Positions 1 to 9,892 of a stretch of DNA of 42,224 nucleotides are shown piece after piece. This stretch comes from an uncultured bacterium. GTDB taxonomy: Bacteria > CAYUVA01. The position numbers and the translations under genes are program-made. The stretch covers positions 1 through 42,224 of the forward strand of contig CAYUVA010000042.1 in the NCBI GenBank assembly GCA_964448115.1. Direction: 5' to 3'. Within the stretch, counting starts at the first letter, position 1. The number at the start of each line of letters is the position of its first letter. The notes under the pieces are model-generated. The model was not told the DNA's origin and ran no database searches. It saw only the letters and a program-made list of their open reading frames with translations.

Positions 1-1
1 C

Positions 2-985
2 TCGCCATTCATCGATGAACTGGATATTCATTACTACTCCGATTACACGGCGACCCCGACCACAACCCCGACTTTAACCCCGACCTCAACCCCCTCCTGT
101 ACGCCAACAGAGACGCCAACAGGCATTCCATCCAGCACACCGACCCGCACGCCGACTCGAACACCGACAAGTACCCCATCGACCACCCCGACCGAGACAC
201 CATCAACAACGCCTACCACCACACCAACCCTAACCCCAACCGCCACCAATACACCGACAAATACTCCTGATTGTCGAATGCCTAGCGGTCCAGAATGCGT
301 AATAGTCGGTCAAGATAACCATAAGTGCATCGTAATGTGGTCTGGGGTGGATCATGTCAACCTTGCCGGATACAATGTTTATCGCAGTTATACTCTGGTC
401 GGTAAATATACCAAACTGAATAGCAGCATCATTACCGATACCTGGTATGTGGATGATGGTATCACAAATGGTGTCCTCTTTTATTATCTAGTAACCGCCA
501 AGAACAACTGCGGTGTGGAAAGCACACATAACTACACCCATACCGGCGTGGCTCATTTGAGCGGTCCGGTAGGTGATTTGGATCACGACAGCCTGCCGGA
601 TGATTGGGAGGTTTGCTTCTTCGGCAATACCTGGAGCGAGGACTTCCAGGGGGATAGAGATCACGATAACCTGATCAATCTGCAAGAATATCTACGAGGC
701 GAGACGCACAATCCATGCCCGGATATAAACCTGGTAGTAGTCAACCGGGCACTGGGGACAAATAATAAGGATCGCACCTATGTGTTAGCCGGCTGCGAAC
801 CCAACAACGCCGACACAGATAGGGATGGCGAATCCGATTATTTAGATTCAAACCCAACAGAACCGGTGTTCCTGCACGGCGTCTATAACATACCGACAAT
901 GACCGAGTGGGGCGTGATATTTACCATAATAGCCATCAGCTTTTTCATGATCTTAGCTTTGAGAAAGCGGAAGGTTAGTTTGTAA
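2..985 (+). CDS. 5'-truncated secreted/surface protein: Pro/Thr linker, fibronectin-III-like domain, Asp-rich Ca-binding (DxDxDG-type) repeats, C-terminal IPTL-CTERM sorting signal
   Basis: The frame of ORF 278..985 is open back to base 2 ([24 protein letters not shown]...[13 protein letters not shown]). FnIII-like GYNVYRS...YVDDG...[24 protein letters not shown] and DTDRDGESD repeats; ends IPTMTEWG + hydrophobic helix + RKRK. Confidence 0.85.
   Translation, partial: SPFIDELDIHYYSDYTATPTTTPTLTPTSTPSCTPTETPTGIPSSTPTRTPTRTPTSTPSTTPTETPSTTPTTTPTLTPTATNTPTNTPDCRMPSGPECVIVGQDNHKCIVMWSGVDHVNLAGYNVYRSYTLVGKYTKLNSSIITDTWYVDDGITNGVLFYYLVTAKNNCGVESTHNYTHTGVAHLSGPVGDLDHDSLPDDWEVCFFGNTWSEDFQGDRDHDNLINLQEYLRGETHNPCPDINLVVVNRALGTNNKDRTYVLAGCEPNNADTDRDGESDYLDSNPTEPVFLHGVYNIPTMTEWGVIFTIIAISFFMILALRKRKVSL
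47..268 (+). repeat. Pro/Thr-rich low-complexity linker (T-P-T-x repeats) within the CDS
   Basis: Translates [74 protein letters not shown]. Confidence 0.9.
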
Positions 986-996
986 TAAAGACAAAA

Positions 997-1070
997 GACA
1001 GCCTTGGATAATCAGGCTGTCCGAAGATTACAGGTATTAAGGGGATGTAACCACCAGGTTCCATCCCCTT
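997..1070 (+). terminator. Two tandem stem-loops downstream of the IPTL-CTERM gene (probable terminator region)
   Basis: GACAGCCT/AGGCTGTC (997-1021) and AAGGGGATG/CATCCCCTT (1039-1070, followed by cattgttgt). Confidence 0.5.
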
Positions 1071-1169
1071 CATTGTTGTAATCATATTGCCAGAGCCATC
1101 TCGACCTGATCGAGGTCGGAAAATGAGCGTTGTTTGTAAGCGAAAGTTAGAAAGACTCTGGTATGTAAT

Positions 1170-1197
1170 TTGACAACTGCTATGCTAGATATATTAT
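1170..1197 (+). promoter_or_regulatory. sigma70-type promoter for the infB operon
   Basis: TTGACA (1170-1175), 16 nt spacer, TATTAT (1192-1197), upstream of the infB start. Confidence 0.6.
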
Positions 1198-1240
1198 TAA
1201 GTATTGCTTGATGAAAATTAAAAATAAAGGGGCTAAGAAC

Positions 1241-3490
1241 TTGGCGGATAATAAGAGAATCTGGGAATTATATAAAGAACTAGGTATATCAAAGGACGAT
1301 TGTCTCGATATCCTTAACAAGCTGGGTATCGAATACAAGAATAATTTAAGCACCATTTCTTCCGAAGATATCAAAAGGGTAAAAGAGAAGCTAAAAAAAG
1401 ATAAAGAAAAGAAAAAAGCATCATTAGCCGGAACTGAAAAACAGGTTATCAAGAAAAAGAAGTCGGATGAGGTAGTCTCTAAGCATAAGCCTAAAAAAGG
1501 TAGTAAACCTCGAACACAAGAGGGGAAAAAACCTCCCGAAGAAGAGAAAATAGAAAAAGAGGCAGAGAAACCAGAAATTATTATCGCTGGTGAGATAACA
1601 GTGGATACGCTCGAAAAGGTGAAACCGAAAAAGAAAAAGAAGCGTGGAGCAAAACAAAAAAAGAAGTTAAAAAAACGAACCGGAGATAGACAGACAGAAA
1701 AAACCGAGAAAACAGAAGCTATGAAACCTTCATTTGAGGAATCAGATGGAGTCATCAAGATCCCCGAAGCGGTTACGGTGCGCGATCTGGCTGAAATACT
1801 TGGCTTAGCCCCCTCTGATATATTGGGTGAATTTCTGCGCATGGGATTGGTCTATACGATAAACCAGGTTGTAGATATCGAGCACTGCAAGATAATCGGC
1901 GAAAAGCTGGGGGTTAATATCGAGGTGCAGGATCTGGAGGAAACATTCCTTGAGGTCGATGAAAAGACCCAGGCAAAGGAGTACCCGAGAGCGCCGGTCA
2001 TTACCGTCATGGGGCATGTTGATCACGGAAAGACCACCCTTCTCGATGCGATCCGCAAGACCAATATAGTTGCTAAAGAAAAAGGTGAAATTACCCAGCA
2101 TATAGGCGCTTCTGAATACTACCATGATGGCTTCAAGATGGTATTTTTAGATACACCAGGACACAAAGCCTTCACCACCATGAGAGCCAGGGGTGCAAGG
2201 GTAACCGATATCGTTATCCTTGTCGTGGCTGCCGATGATGGCGTCATGCCACAAACAATCGAGGCGATCAACCATGCCAAGGCTGCTGAAGCACCGATTA
2301 TTGTGGCTATCAACAAGATCGACCTGCCCGGCGCCGATCCGATGAGGGTTAAAAGAGAGTTGATGCAACACGACCTGGTCTCCAGCGAGTTCGGTGGGGA
2401 TACGACCTTTGTCGAGGTCTCGGCTAAAAAAGGCACCAACATGGAAGAGCTGCTTGAGATGATTAAACTGCAAGCTGAGCTTATGGAGCTGAAGGCGACC
2501 AGGGAATCGAAGGCAAAAGGCACTATAATCGAAGCTAAAATGGATTCCAAGAGGGGTGCTGTGGCTACATTCCTTGTTCAATCTGGAATCCTTAAGGTGG
2601 GAGATCCCTTTGTAACCGGCATATACAGCGGAAAGGTTCGTGCCATGTTCGATGTAAACGGCAAGTCGGTAAAGGAGGCGGTTCCGGTAACCGCCGTTGA
2701 GGTGCTTGGTCTCAGCGGAGTTCCCCAAGCCGGCGATTCCTTCATCGTGGTTGACTCGGAACGCCGAGCCAGGGAAATCAGCACGCAACGCCGGGAGAGA
2801 GAACACGATGAGAGCCTTGCTACAACAGCTCGCGTTTCCTTGCGCGACTTTTTAAGCAAGATGGATAAAGGGGAGGTTACCGAGCTGAACCTGGTGTTAA
2901 AGACAGATGTTCAAGGCTCTGCCGAGGCTCTCGCCAAGTCATTCCTGGAGCTTGCCACGGAGAAAGCCAAAGTCAAGATAGTCCACAGCAGCGCTGGAAG
3001 TATAAATGAAAGTGATGTTTTGCTTGCCAGCGCGACCAATGCTGTGATCATCGGTTTCAATACAACCATTATGCCGGCTGCACAGGAGCTTGCCGAGCGG
3101 GAAGGGGTCGATGTAAGGCAGTATGATGTGATCTACGAGGCTATTGATGATGTAAAGGCTGCCCTGCAAGGACTGCTTAAACCGGAGCTGGTGGAAGAAG
3201 AGATCGGACATGCCGAGATCAGACAGGTCTTCAACATGGCAAAAGGTAACCGCATAGCCGGATGCATGGTCGTTACCGGCAAGATAGTACGCAATGCTCA
3301 GGCAAAGCTGCTTAGAGACGGCGAGGTTATCTGGAAGGGACAGATATCATCGCTGCGCAGGTTTAAAGATGATGTAAAAGAGGTGCAGACAAACTACGAG
3401 TGCGGGATTAGCCTGGATGATTTCAATGATATACAGACCGGAGATATAATAATCGCCTATCAGGTCAAAGAGGTGCCCCAAAGCCTGTAA
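1241..3490 (+). CDS. infB: Translation initiation factor IF-2
   Basis: GHVDHGKTT, DTPGH and NKID GTPase motifs; IF2 C-terminal ...YECGI. Likely start is TTG at 1241 (MADNKRIWELYKELG) after AAGGGG, rather than 1208. Confidence 0.98.
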   Translation: MADNKRIWELYKELGISKDDCLDILNKLGIEYKNNLSTISSEDIKRVKEKLKKDKEKKKASLAGTEKQVIKKKKSDEVVSKHKPKKGSKPRTQEGKKPPEEEKIEKEAEKPEIIIAGEITVDTLEKVKPKKKKKRGAKQKKKLKKRTGDRQTEKTEKTEAMKPSFEESDGVIKIPEAVTVRDLAEILGLAPSDILGEFLRMGLVYTINQVVDIEHCKIIGEKLGVNIEVQDLEETFLEVDEKTQAKEYPRAPVITVMGHVDHGKTTLLDAIRKTNIVAKEKGEITQHIGASEYYHDGFKMVFLDTPGHKAFTTMRARGARVTDIVILVVAADDGVMPQTIEAINHAKAAEAPIIVAINKIDLPGADPMRVKRELMQHDLVSSEFGGDTTFVEVSAKKGTNMEELLEMIKLQAELMELKATRESKAKGTIIEAKMDSKRGAVATFLVQSGILKVGDPFVTGIYSGKVRAMFDVNGKSVKEAVPVTAVEVLGLSGVPQAGDSFIVVDSERRAREISTQRREREHDESLATTARVSLRDFLSKMDKGEVTELNLVLKTDVQGSAEALAKSFLELATEKAKVKIVHSSAGSINESDVLLASATNAVIIGFNTTIMPAAQELAEREGVDVRQYDVIYEAIDDVKAALQGLLKPELVEEEIGHAEIRQVFNMAKGNRIAGCMVVTGKIVRNAQAKLLRDGEVIWKGQISSLRRFKDDVKEVQTNYECGISLDDFNDIQTGDIIIAYQVKEVPQSL

Positions 3491-3566
3491 GCTTCGGGTA
3501 GAACAGGCACCAGGCGCTATTACGCGGGAGATAAAACAGGTTCGACTTCGGAAGGTTGTTGGTCTT

Positions 3567-3848
3567 ATGTATATCGCCGGAATAAGGTTGGAGCTATTCA
3601 TACCCGGTGCCTTTAATCTCAAGGATAAACGGAGGGTTTTAAGCAAGCTCAAGGATCGCCTGAAGAATAAATTCAACATAAGCGTCTGCGAGGTGGACTT
3701 CAACGAACAATGGCAAAGAGCAGCCCTGGGGGTCGCTTTGGTATCAAATGATAACCTGCATCTAAGACACATGATCGATGCAATACTAAGGTTCATGGAG
3801 TCCTTCCATGACTTCGAGGTTGTAAAAAAAGACCTGGAGATATTTTGA
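3567..3848 (+). CDS. DUF503 (YlxP-like) family protein
   Basis: NLKDKRRVL...KNKFNISVCEV...WQRAALG signature; conserved position between infB and rbfA. Confidence 0.9.
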   Translation: MYIAGIRLELFIPGAFNLKDKRRVLSKLKDRLKNKFNISVCEVDFNEQWQRAALGVALVSNDNLHLRHMIDAILRFMESFHDFEVVKKDLEIF

Positions 3849-3934
3849 CAGATAGAACATTCAGCTTGGGCAGGGAATAGATCTCGCCTCGATTTTGTTG
3901 TAATAAGGCTCAAGTGAAGGAGGCGATCATAAAA

Positions 3935-4306
3935 ATGGTGAAAAACCGAGTGAGCAGAGTTCAGGAGCTGGTAAAAAGAGGTATCTCGGATATACTGCTC
4001 GCAGAGATGAATGATCCCCAAATGAAAGATGTAACCGTCTTTGAAGTTCAAATGTCAAAGGATCTCAAGCACGCAAAGGTATTCATCAGCATACTTGGCG
4101 AAATGAGGCATCGACTTAAGGTCATAGACAAGATAAATAACCGAAGTGGATATATCCAGTACCTGCTAGGCAAGAATGTCAGACTAAAGTATGTTCCGGA
4201 GCTGATGTTTTTACTGGATCAACGAATAGATCACTACCAGCGGATAGAAAGGATACTGCAAGAGGTTAGCTCAGAAGATGACCATCCCGACCAGGAAGAT
4301 TTATAG
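3935..4306 (+). CDS. rbfA: 30S ribosome-binding factor A
   Basis: DP...VTV..V.MSKDLKHAKVFIS...LKYVPELMF; AAGGAGG upstream of ATG 3935; synteny. Confidence 0.95.
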   Translation: MVKNRVSRVQELVKRGISDILLAEMNDPQMKDVTVFEVQMSKDLKHAKVFISILGEMRHRLKVIDKINNRSGYIQYLLGKNVRLKYVPELMFLLDQRIDHYQRIERILQEVSSEDDHPDQEDL

Positions 4307-5267
4307 CCAGATAACAGAGATCATCAATAAATATCAGCGCTTCTGCATTGCCAGCCACGAGAATCCAGACGGCGACTGTATAGGTTGCAGCCTGGCGCTG
4401 GCTGAGTTGCTTGAGGGACTAGGTAAGCAGGTTATCGTCTTATCCAAAAAAGGAGTCCCTCATTCGCTAGGTTTTTTGCCTGGAAAAGAGAAGGTCATGG
4501 CTTTTTTGGCAGAGGATACCTTCCCCAGCCAGATGCTCGTGGTGCTCGATTCATCGAATCTGGAACGCGCTGCCCTGAAACGAGAGGCTTTCCCCGAGCT
4601 TAAGCAGATAATAAATATAGATCACCACCAGAGCAACGAGTTCTTTGGGGATATAAACTTGGTCGATGCGAAAGCCTCATCGGTCGGGGAGATGGTCTAT
4701 CCGCTGATCAAGCTCATCCAGCCCGATATCAGTCGATCCATGGCATCTAACCTGTTTGTATCCATATCAAGCGATACCGGCTCCTTCAGGTACTCGAATA
4801 CTACACCGTGCAGCCTGCGCATAGCGAGCGAACTCATTGAATATGGCGCCGATCCCGAGTACCTGGGAAGGATGTTGTACGAATCCAAGAGGTTGGAGAA
4901 GGTAAGAATAACCGGCTACGCTGCCGTGGGACTGCGGCTCGCAGAGAATGGAAGGATAACCTACTCGATCATAACCCAGCAGGATATCAATTCCTTTGGC
5001 TGCAAATGGGAGGATACGGATGAGATCATCAACATGCTGACCGAGGTACAAGGTAGCGAGGTGGCTGTACTGTTCAGGGAAGGCAAGGACTTCGGGATCA
5101 GAGTCTCACTTCGATCACGAAATCATATCAATGTAGCAGAAATCGCGAGCCGCTTCGGCGGCGGGGGACATGCCAAGGCTGCTGGGGTCAGGATGCCTGC
5201 TGGTGTCACCCTAGATGAAACAGTTACAGATATTCTCGGTGCGTTAAGGGATGAGCTGAAGGCATGA
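4278..5267 (+). CDS. nrnA: DHH/DHHA1 bifunctional oligoribonuclease/PAP phosphatase
   Basis: HENPDGD, IDHH, SDTGSF, SLRS and GGGGHAKAAG motifs; rbfA-nrnA-truB synteny. Confidence 0.92.
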   Translation: MTIPTRKIYSQITEIINKYQRFCIASHENPDGDCIGCSLALAELLEGLGKQVIVLSKKGVPHSLGFLPGKEKVMAFLAEDTFPSQMLVVLDSSNLERAALKREAFPELKQIINIDHHQSNEFFGDINLVDAKASSVGEMVYPLIKLIQPDISRSMASNLFVSISSDTGSFRYSNTTPCSLRIASELIEYGADPEYLGRMLYESKRLEKVRITGYAAVGLRLAENGRITYSIITQQDINSFGCKWEDTDEIINMLTEVQGSEVAVLFREGKDFGIRVSLRSRNHINVAEIASRFGGGGHAKAAGVRMPAGVTLDETVTDILGALRDELKA

Positions 5268-6247
5268 TGAACGCGGCTTTACTGCTGAATAAGCCAGTGG
5301 GAATCACCTCACGCAAGGCGATTGATCTGGTCGCCAATCTCTTAAAGACAAAGAAGATCGGACATGGGGGCACATTGGATCCTCTGGCACATGGACTGCT
5401 TATCGCACTGATCGGCAAGGGAACCAAGATATTCCCCTATCTCCAGCTTGCTGCTAAGACATACAAGGCAAGGATCGCCCTGGGAGTGGGTACCGATACA
5501 TTGGATCTAGAGGGCAATGTTATCCAAACTATGCCTGTGCCCTCTCTGGGCAGGGAGGAGTTAAGGAATATTCTGGCTGGATTCGAGGGTGATATCATAC
5601 AGGAAGCGCCGATTTACTCAGCTTTGAAGGTAGGCGGTAAGCCGATGCACAAGCTGGCAAGGCGCGGTGAGAAGGTGGTTCCCAGAAGGCGAAAAGTGCA
5701 TATAGACAAGATTGAATTGATAGGTTATAATAAAGAGTTCATGGAAATAAGTGTAACCTGCTCGGCTGGGGCTTATATAAGGTCTTTAGCCAGGGACATT
5801 GCCCATAACATGGGTACCTGCGGACACCTCGCCGAGCTTGAAAGAACCAAGATAGGCTCTTTAACAATCGAGCGATCGTATAAACTAGATGATCTCCCGG
5901 AGATCGTCGCATCTGGAAGTCTGCGGCTGACCAGCTTATCCCGTGTTCTCGACTTTCTCGAGAGCATAGTATTGGATGAGAGCCAAGCCGCCAACCTGGT
6001 GGATGGGAAAATGATAAAGGTGAGATCGACTTTCCTGCTGCAAGATGCTAATCAGGATAAGCCGGTTAGAATGCTGGCGCCTGATGGTAGTTTGCTGGCT
6101 TTGGGAAGGGTAAGCGGCTGTGAGGATGAAAAGCAGTTGATTTCTCCAAGCCGTGTCCTAGTGAACAAGCAAGATATTCGATCCATCTACCATCTCAACT
6201 TAGGGGAAACTCCAAATGCGCCACCCTCCGACTGGGGCTTTTTTTAG
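5264..6247 (+). CDS. truB: tRNA pseudouridine(55) synthase
   Basis: NKPVGITS, KIGHGGTLDPLA, PIYSALKVGG, CSAGAYIRSLARD. Confidence 0.96.
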   Translation: MMNAALLLNKPVGITSRKAIDLVANLLKTKKIGHGGTLDPLAHGLLIALIGKGTKIFPYLQLAAKTYKARIALGVGTDTLDLEGNVIQTMPVPSLGREELRNILAGFEGDIIQEAPIYSALKVGGKPMHKLARRGEKVVPRRRKVHIDKIELIGYNKEFMEISVTCSAGAYIRSLARDIAHNMGTCGHLAELERTKIGSLTIERSYKLDDLPEIVASGSLRLTSLSRVLDFLESIVLDESQAANLVDGKMIKVRSTFLLQDANQDKPVRMLAPDGSLLALGRVSGCEDEKQLISPSRVLVNKQDIRSIYHLNLGETPNAPPSDWGFF

Positions 6248-6285
6248 ATGCCAACGATTAAACTACCAAACTGGGAGAGAAGGAA

Positions 6286-6555
6286 ATGTCAGTAAAATTT
6301 GAAGGAAAGGCTGATATTGTAAAGAAGTATCAGCTACACGATGGAGATACCGGTTCCCCGGAGGTACAGGTCGCCATTTTGACAGCCAAGATAAAACACC
6401 TCACGGAACATTTTAAGGTACACAAGAAGGATCATCATTCACGCCTTGGTCTTCTAAAGATGGTAGGCAAGCGTAGAAGACTGCTTGACTACCTGAAGCA
6501 AAAAGATATCGAGCGGTATAGAGCGCTGATCAAGAGACTTGAATTAAGAAGATAG
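6286..6555 (+). CDS. rpsO: 30S ribosomal protein S15
   Basis: [13 protein letters not shown]...[25 protein letters not shown]. Confidence 0.99.
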   Translation: MSVKFEGKADIVKKYQLHDGDTGSPEVQVAILTAKIKHLTEHFKVHKKDHHSRLGLLKMVGKRRRLLDYLKQKDIERYRALIKRLELRR

Positions 6556-6578
6556 TAAGGCTTTAGGAGAGAACAACA

Positions 6579-8831
6579 ATGTTAAGTAGAACAGCAATAT
6601 CCTGTGGCGGACGCACCCTTAGCTTCGAGACAGGTAAGGTGGCAAAACAAGCAAATGGCGCTGTATGGGTGCAGTATGGAGAGACCGTAGTGCTTTCAAC
6701 AGCCACAGTGGGACAAGAACCACGCAAGGGAATATATGATGAATTCGTCCCCTTGACGGTGGATTATCGAGAGAAATCTTATGCTGCCGGGCGCATACCC
6801 GGTGGATATTTCAAAAGGGAGGGAAAGCCAGGCGACACCGAGACATTGAATGCCCGATTGGTTGACAGGCCCCTAAGACCCCTTTTTCCCTGGGGCTTTC
6901 ACTTTGATATTCACAATGTTAACCTGGTCATCTCGGCAGATCAACAAAACGACCCCGGATTGCTTGCCATTAACGGTGCTTCGGCTGCCCTGATGGTCTC
7001 CGACATACCGTTTGATGGACCGGTCTCTGCGGTGAAGATAGGGCTTATCGGCGATGAGCTGGTTATCAATCCAACTAGCGACCAGCTTATTGAGAGCCTT
7101 CTCGACATCGTGGTCGCCGGCACCGATGATGCCATTATGATGGTCGAGGGCTCCGCGCTGGAGGTTGATAATGAGACCATGATCAAGGCAATCAGCCTGG
7201 CACACGAGGAGATCAAGCGAATCAACGCCATTCAGCACGAGCTGCGGGAGACCGCTGGCAAGCCAAAGAGGGAGTTCCCCTTGTTTTCGGTACAGCCTGA
7301 TATAATCGACAAGGTGCTTGAGAACTATGGCTCTGGCATCCGAGAGTCCCTGGAGATCGAAGGGAAGCTGAATAGATATGCCTACCTGGAGAATGTGAAG
7401 GCTCAGATGATCGAGGATCTCGGACAGGAGCCAGATGATGAGCAACTTCGTCAGCACCTAGGCGCCTTCGAGCAGATCTATAGAAGATTAGTCCGCCAGA
7501 AGATATACGAGGAACGAACTCGGGTGGATAAAAGAGGCTTCGAGGATATCAGACCGATCACCTGTGAGGTGGGAGTGCTGCCTCGGGCACACGGCTCTGC
7601 GCTCTTTACCCGTGGCGAGACGCAGGCGCTGGCTGCGGTTACCCTGGGAACATCATCCGATGAGCAGATGATTGAGGAGCTTGAGGGGGACACCATAAAG
7701 ACCTTCATGCTGCACTACAACTTCCCGCCTTTCTGTGTCGGCGAGGCGAGCATCATTCGCGGTCCAGGAAGAAGAGAGGTCGGACATGGCGCTCTGGCGG
7801 AAAGGGCTTTGCAATCGATTATCCCAGAGGATGAATCATTTCCTTATGTAGTGCGAGTAGTCTCGGAGATACTCGAGTCCAACGGCTCCTCCTCGATGGC
7901 AACCGTCTGCGCCGGAACCCTCGCCCTGATGGACGCTGGAATTCAAATCCACACACCAATAGCTGGCATCGCTATGGGATTGATCAAGGCGGAAGATGAC
8001 TTCATCATACTATCCGATATCGAGGGAAGCGAAGATCATACCGGGGATATGGACTTCAAGGTGGCTGGAAGCGAGCGAGGCATCACAGCCATCCAGATGG
8101 ATATCAAGATCTCCGGCATCACCGAGGATATTATGCACAAAGCGCTCGAGCAGGCTTATCGTGGAAGGCAGTTCATCCTGCAAAAGATGCTTGAAACATT
8201 GCCGCAGCCGAGAAAGACGATCAGCCCTTATGCACCCCGAGTCATCCGCTTCCAGATCAATCCAGAAAAGATACGAACCATCATCGGTCCCGGGGGCAAG
8301 ATGATACGACAGTTGACCGATGAGACCGGCACCAAGATCGATGTGGAGCAAGACGGCACCGTCGTGATCGCCTCCCCAGACGAGGAAGCCTGCATGAACG
8401 CCAAGCGGATGATCGAGGAGCTAATCGCAGAACCTGAGATAGGACGCATTTATAAGGGTAAGGTCGTGCGCATCGAGGATTACGGCGCCTTTATACAGAT
8501 ACTGCCCAATACTGATGGCCTGCTGCACATCTCCGAGTTCGCCTGGCGACATGTACCCAATGTAAGGGATATGCTGAACGAGGGTGATGAGGTCGAGGTC
8601 AAGATCATAGATATCGATGCTATGGGCAAAATCAGGCTGAGCATGAAGGCATTGACTCCGCCTCCTGATGGTTACTCTCCCCATTCCGATGACAGGGAAA
8701 GACGCCCCAGAGGGAATCGCGACCGCAGAGATAGTAGAGACAGTCGAGGAAGGGGCAGGGATTTTCAATCACGACCCGATCGCGGAAAACCGAGAAGATC
8801 CCGAGACGATAGGTATAACAAAAACAAGTAA
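6579..8831 (+). CDS. pnp: Polyribonucleotide nucleotidyltransferase with Arg/Asp-rich C-terminal tail
   Basis: ETGKVAKQANG, HGSALFTRGETQ, ESNGSSSMA, GDMDFKVAG, KH (IIGPGGK) and S1 domains. Confidence 0.99.
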   Translation: MLSRTAISCGGRTLSFETGKVAKQANGAVWVQYGETVVLSTATVGQEPRKGIYDEFVPLTVDYREKSYAAGRIPGGYFKREGKPGDTETLNARLVDRPLRPLFPWGFHFDIHNVNLVISADQQNDPGLLAINGASAALMVSDIPFDGPVSAVKIGLIGDELVINPTSDQLIESLLDIVVAGTDDAIMMVEGSALEVDNETMIKAISLAHEEIKRINAIQHELRETAGKPKREFPLFSVQPDIIDKVLENYGSGIRESLEIEGKLNRYAYLENVKAQMIEDLGQEPDDEQLRQHLGAFEQIYRRLVRQKIYEERTRVDKRGFEDIRPITCEVGVLPRAHGSALFTRGETQALAAVTLGTSSDEQMIEELEGDTIKTFMLHYNFPPFCVGEASIIRGPGRREVGHGALAERALQSIIPEDESFPYVVRVVSEILESNGSSSMATVCAGTLALMDAGIQIHTPIAGIAMGLIKAEDDFIILSDIEGSEDHTGDMDFKVAGSERGITAIQMDIKISGITEDIMHKALEQAYRGRQFILQKMLETLPQPRKTISPYAPRVIRFQINPEKIRTIIGPGGKMIRQLTDETGTKIDVEQDGTVVIASPDEEACMNAKRMIEELIAEPEIGRIYKGKVVRIEDYGAFIQILPNTDGLLHISEFAWRHVPNVRDMLNEGDEVEVKIIDIDAMGKIRLSMKALTPPPDGYSPHSDDRERRPRGNRDRRDSRDSRGRGRDFQSRPDRGKPRRSRDDRYNKNK

Positions 8832-8851
8832 GAGAATGCTGTGAATAGCCA

Positions 8852-9371
8852 GCCCGACCGTTTTCGCACCGGGATCGCTTCAGCGCATCCATTGTATCCG
8901 TTATCCTGGGCGCAGGGATGGCATCGCGGTTATTCTCCCGCATCCGGCAGGAGCTAGGTTTGGCTTATAAATATCTATTGCTCGCCGGAGGTCTTCTCCG
9001 ATTGCGCCCTGTTTTATGTTTACTCGGCGACCACCGCCGAGAACCTGAATAAACTGATTAGGGAGATACGTACGGTGCTGAGAGAGATAAGCTCGACCAA
9101 ACCGCCGACCAAAGAGGGGGTCGAGCGCGCCAAGGATCAGCTCAAGGCGAGCCTGGTTTTCGGCGTCGAGAGCAGCCACAAGGTAATGATAGCACTGGCG
9201 CGGTACGAGATAATGCTCGAAGAGCCATTCAGCCTGGATAATATCATCGCCCAGATAGATGCGGTCAGTTACGATGATATAGTAAGGGTAGCTGGAGAGC
9301 TATTCGATCATAACTGTTACTCGATAGGTGTTATCGGCAATATCGAGCCAGAACAAGTCGAGGAACACTAG
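8852..9371 (+). pseudogene. Remnant of an M16 (pitrilysin-like) zinc peptidase: C-terminal part only, with a frameshift
   Basis: One frame reads PFSHRDRFSASIVSVILGAGMASRLFSRIRQELGLAY (to 8968). After one extra A (AAA 8969-8971) the next frame reads NIYCSPEVFSDCALFYVYSAT...ERAKDQLKASL...IDAVS. No HxxEH N-terminal domain. Usual pnp-M16-dut position. Confidence 0.85.
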
Positions 9372-9390
9372 GTAAAACGCTCTGCAAGCC

Positions 9391-9858
9391 ATGGAAGAGG
9401 TCATCAGAGTAAAGGTAGCTCGAACCGGGGAGGGTTTATCGCTTCCGCTACCCAAGCGGATGTCTGAGGGAGCAGCTGGCTTCGATCTTATGGCTGCGAT
9501 AAAGGAGACCGTGATGCTTGAGCCGGGCAGGTTCATGCTTATCCCGACCGGGATACGAATCGCACTGCCTCGCTTCTACGAAGCCCAGATCAGGCCACGC
9601 AGCGGGCTGGCTGCTAAATATGGCGTAACCTGCCTGAACACACCGGGGACTATAGATTCTGATTATCGCGGTGAGATCAAGGTGGTACTGGTGAATCTGG
9701 GCCAAAAGCCTTTTTATATCAAACAAGGCGACCGCATAGCGCAACTTGTGATAAACAGGATACCTGATGTGGAGCTTGTGGAGGTCGCCGAGTTGGATGA
9801 GACCCCTCGCAATCAGGGAGGCTTCGGACACACCGGCATCAGAGACGATGAGCAGTGA
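9391..9858 (+). CDS. dut: dUTP diphosphatase
   Basis: [44 protein letters not shown]. Confidence 0.98.
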   Translation: MEEVIRVKVARTGEGLSLPLPKRMSEGAAGFDLMAAIKETVMLEPGRFMLIPTGIRIALPRFYEAQIRPRSGLAAKYGVTCLNTPGTIDSDYRGEIKVVLVNLGQKPFYIKQGDRIAQLVINRIPDVELVEVAELDETPRNQGGFGHTGIRDDEQ

Positions 9859-9892
9859 TATAATATAGCTAGTTATAAAATGGAGTTTTTTA

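Noticed and set aside
9-249. Minus-strand Val/Gly-rich ORFs (43..249, 9..209)
   Set aside because: Antisense shadows of the Pro/Thr linker codons; the same applies to 37398..37614.
47-268. Possible CRISPR or tandem DNA repeat
   Set aside because: The repetition is at the amino-acid level with synonymous variation; there is no repeat-spacer structure.
9075-9371. Stand-alone 98-aa gene
   Set aside because: It is the tail of the frameshifted M16 remnant; homology continues upstream of the called start.
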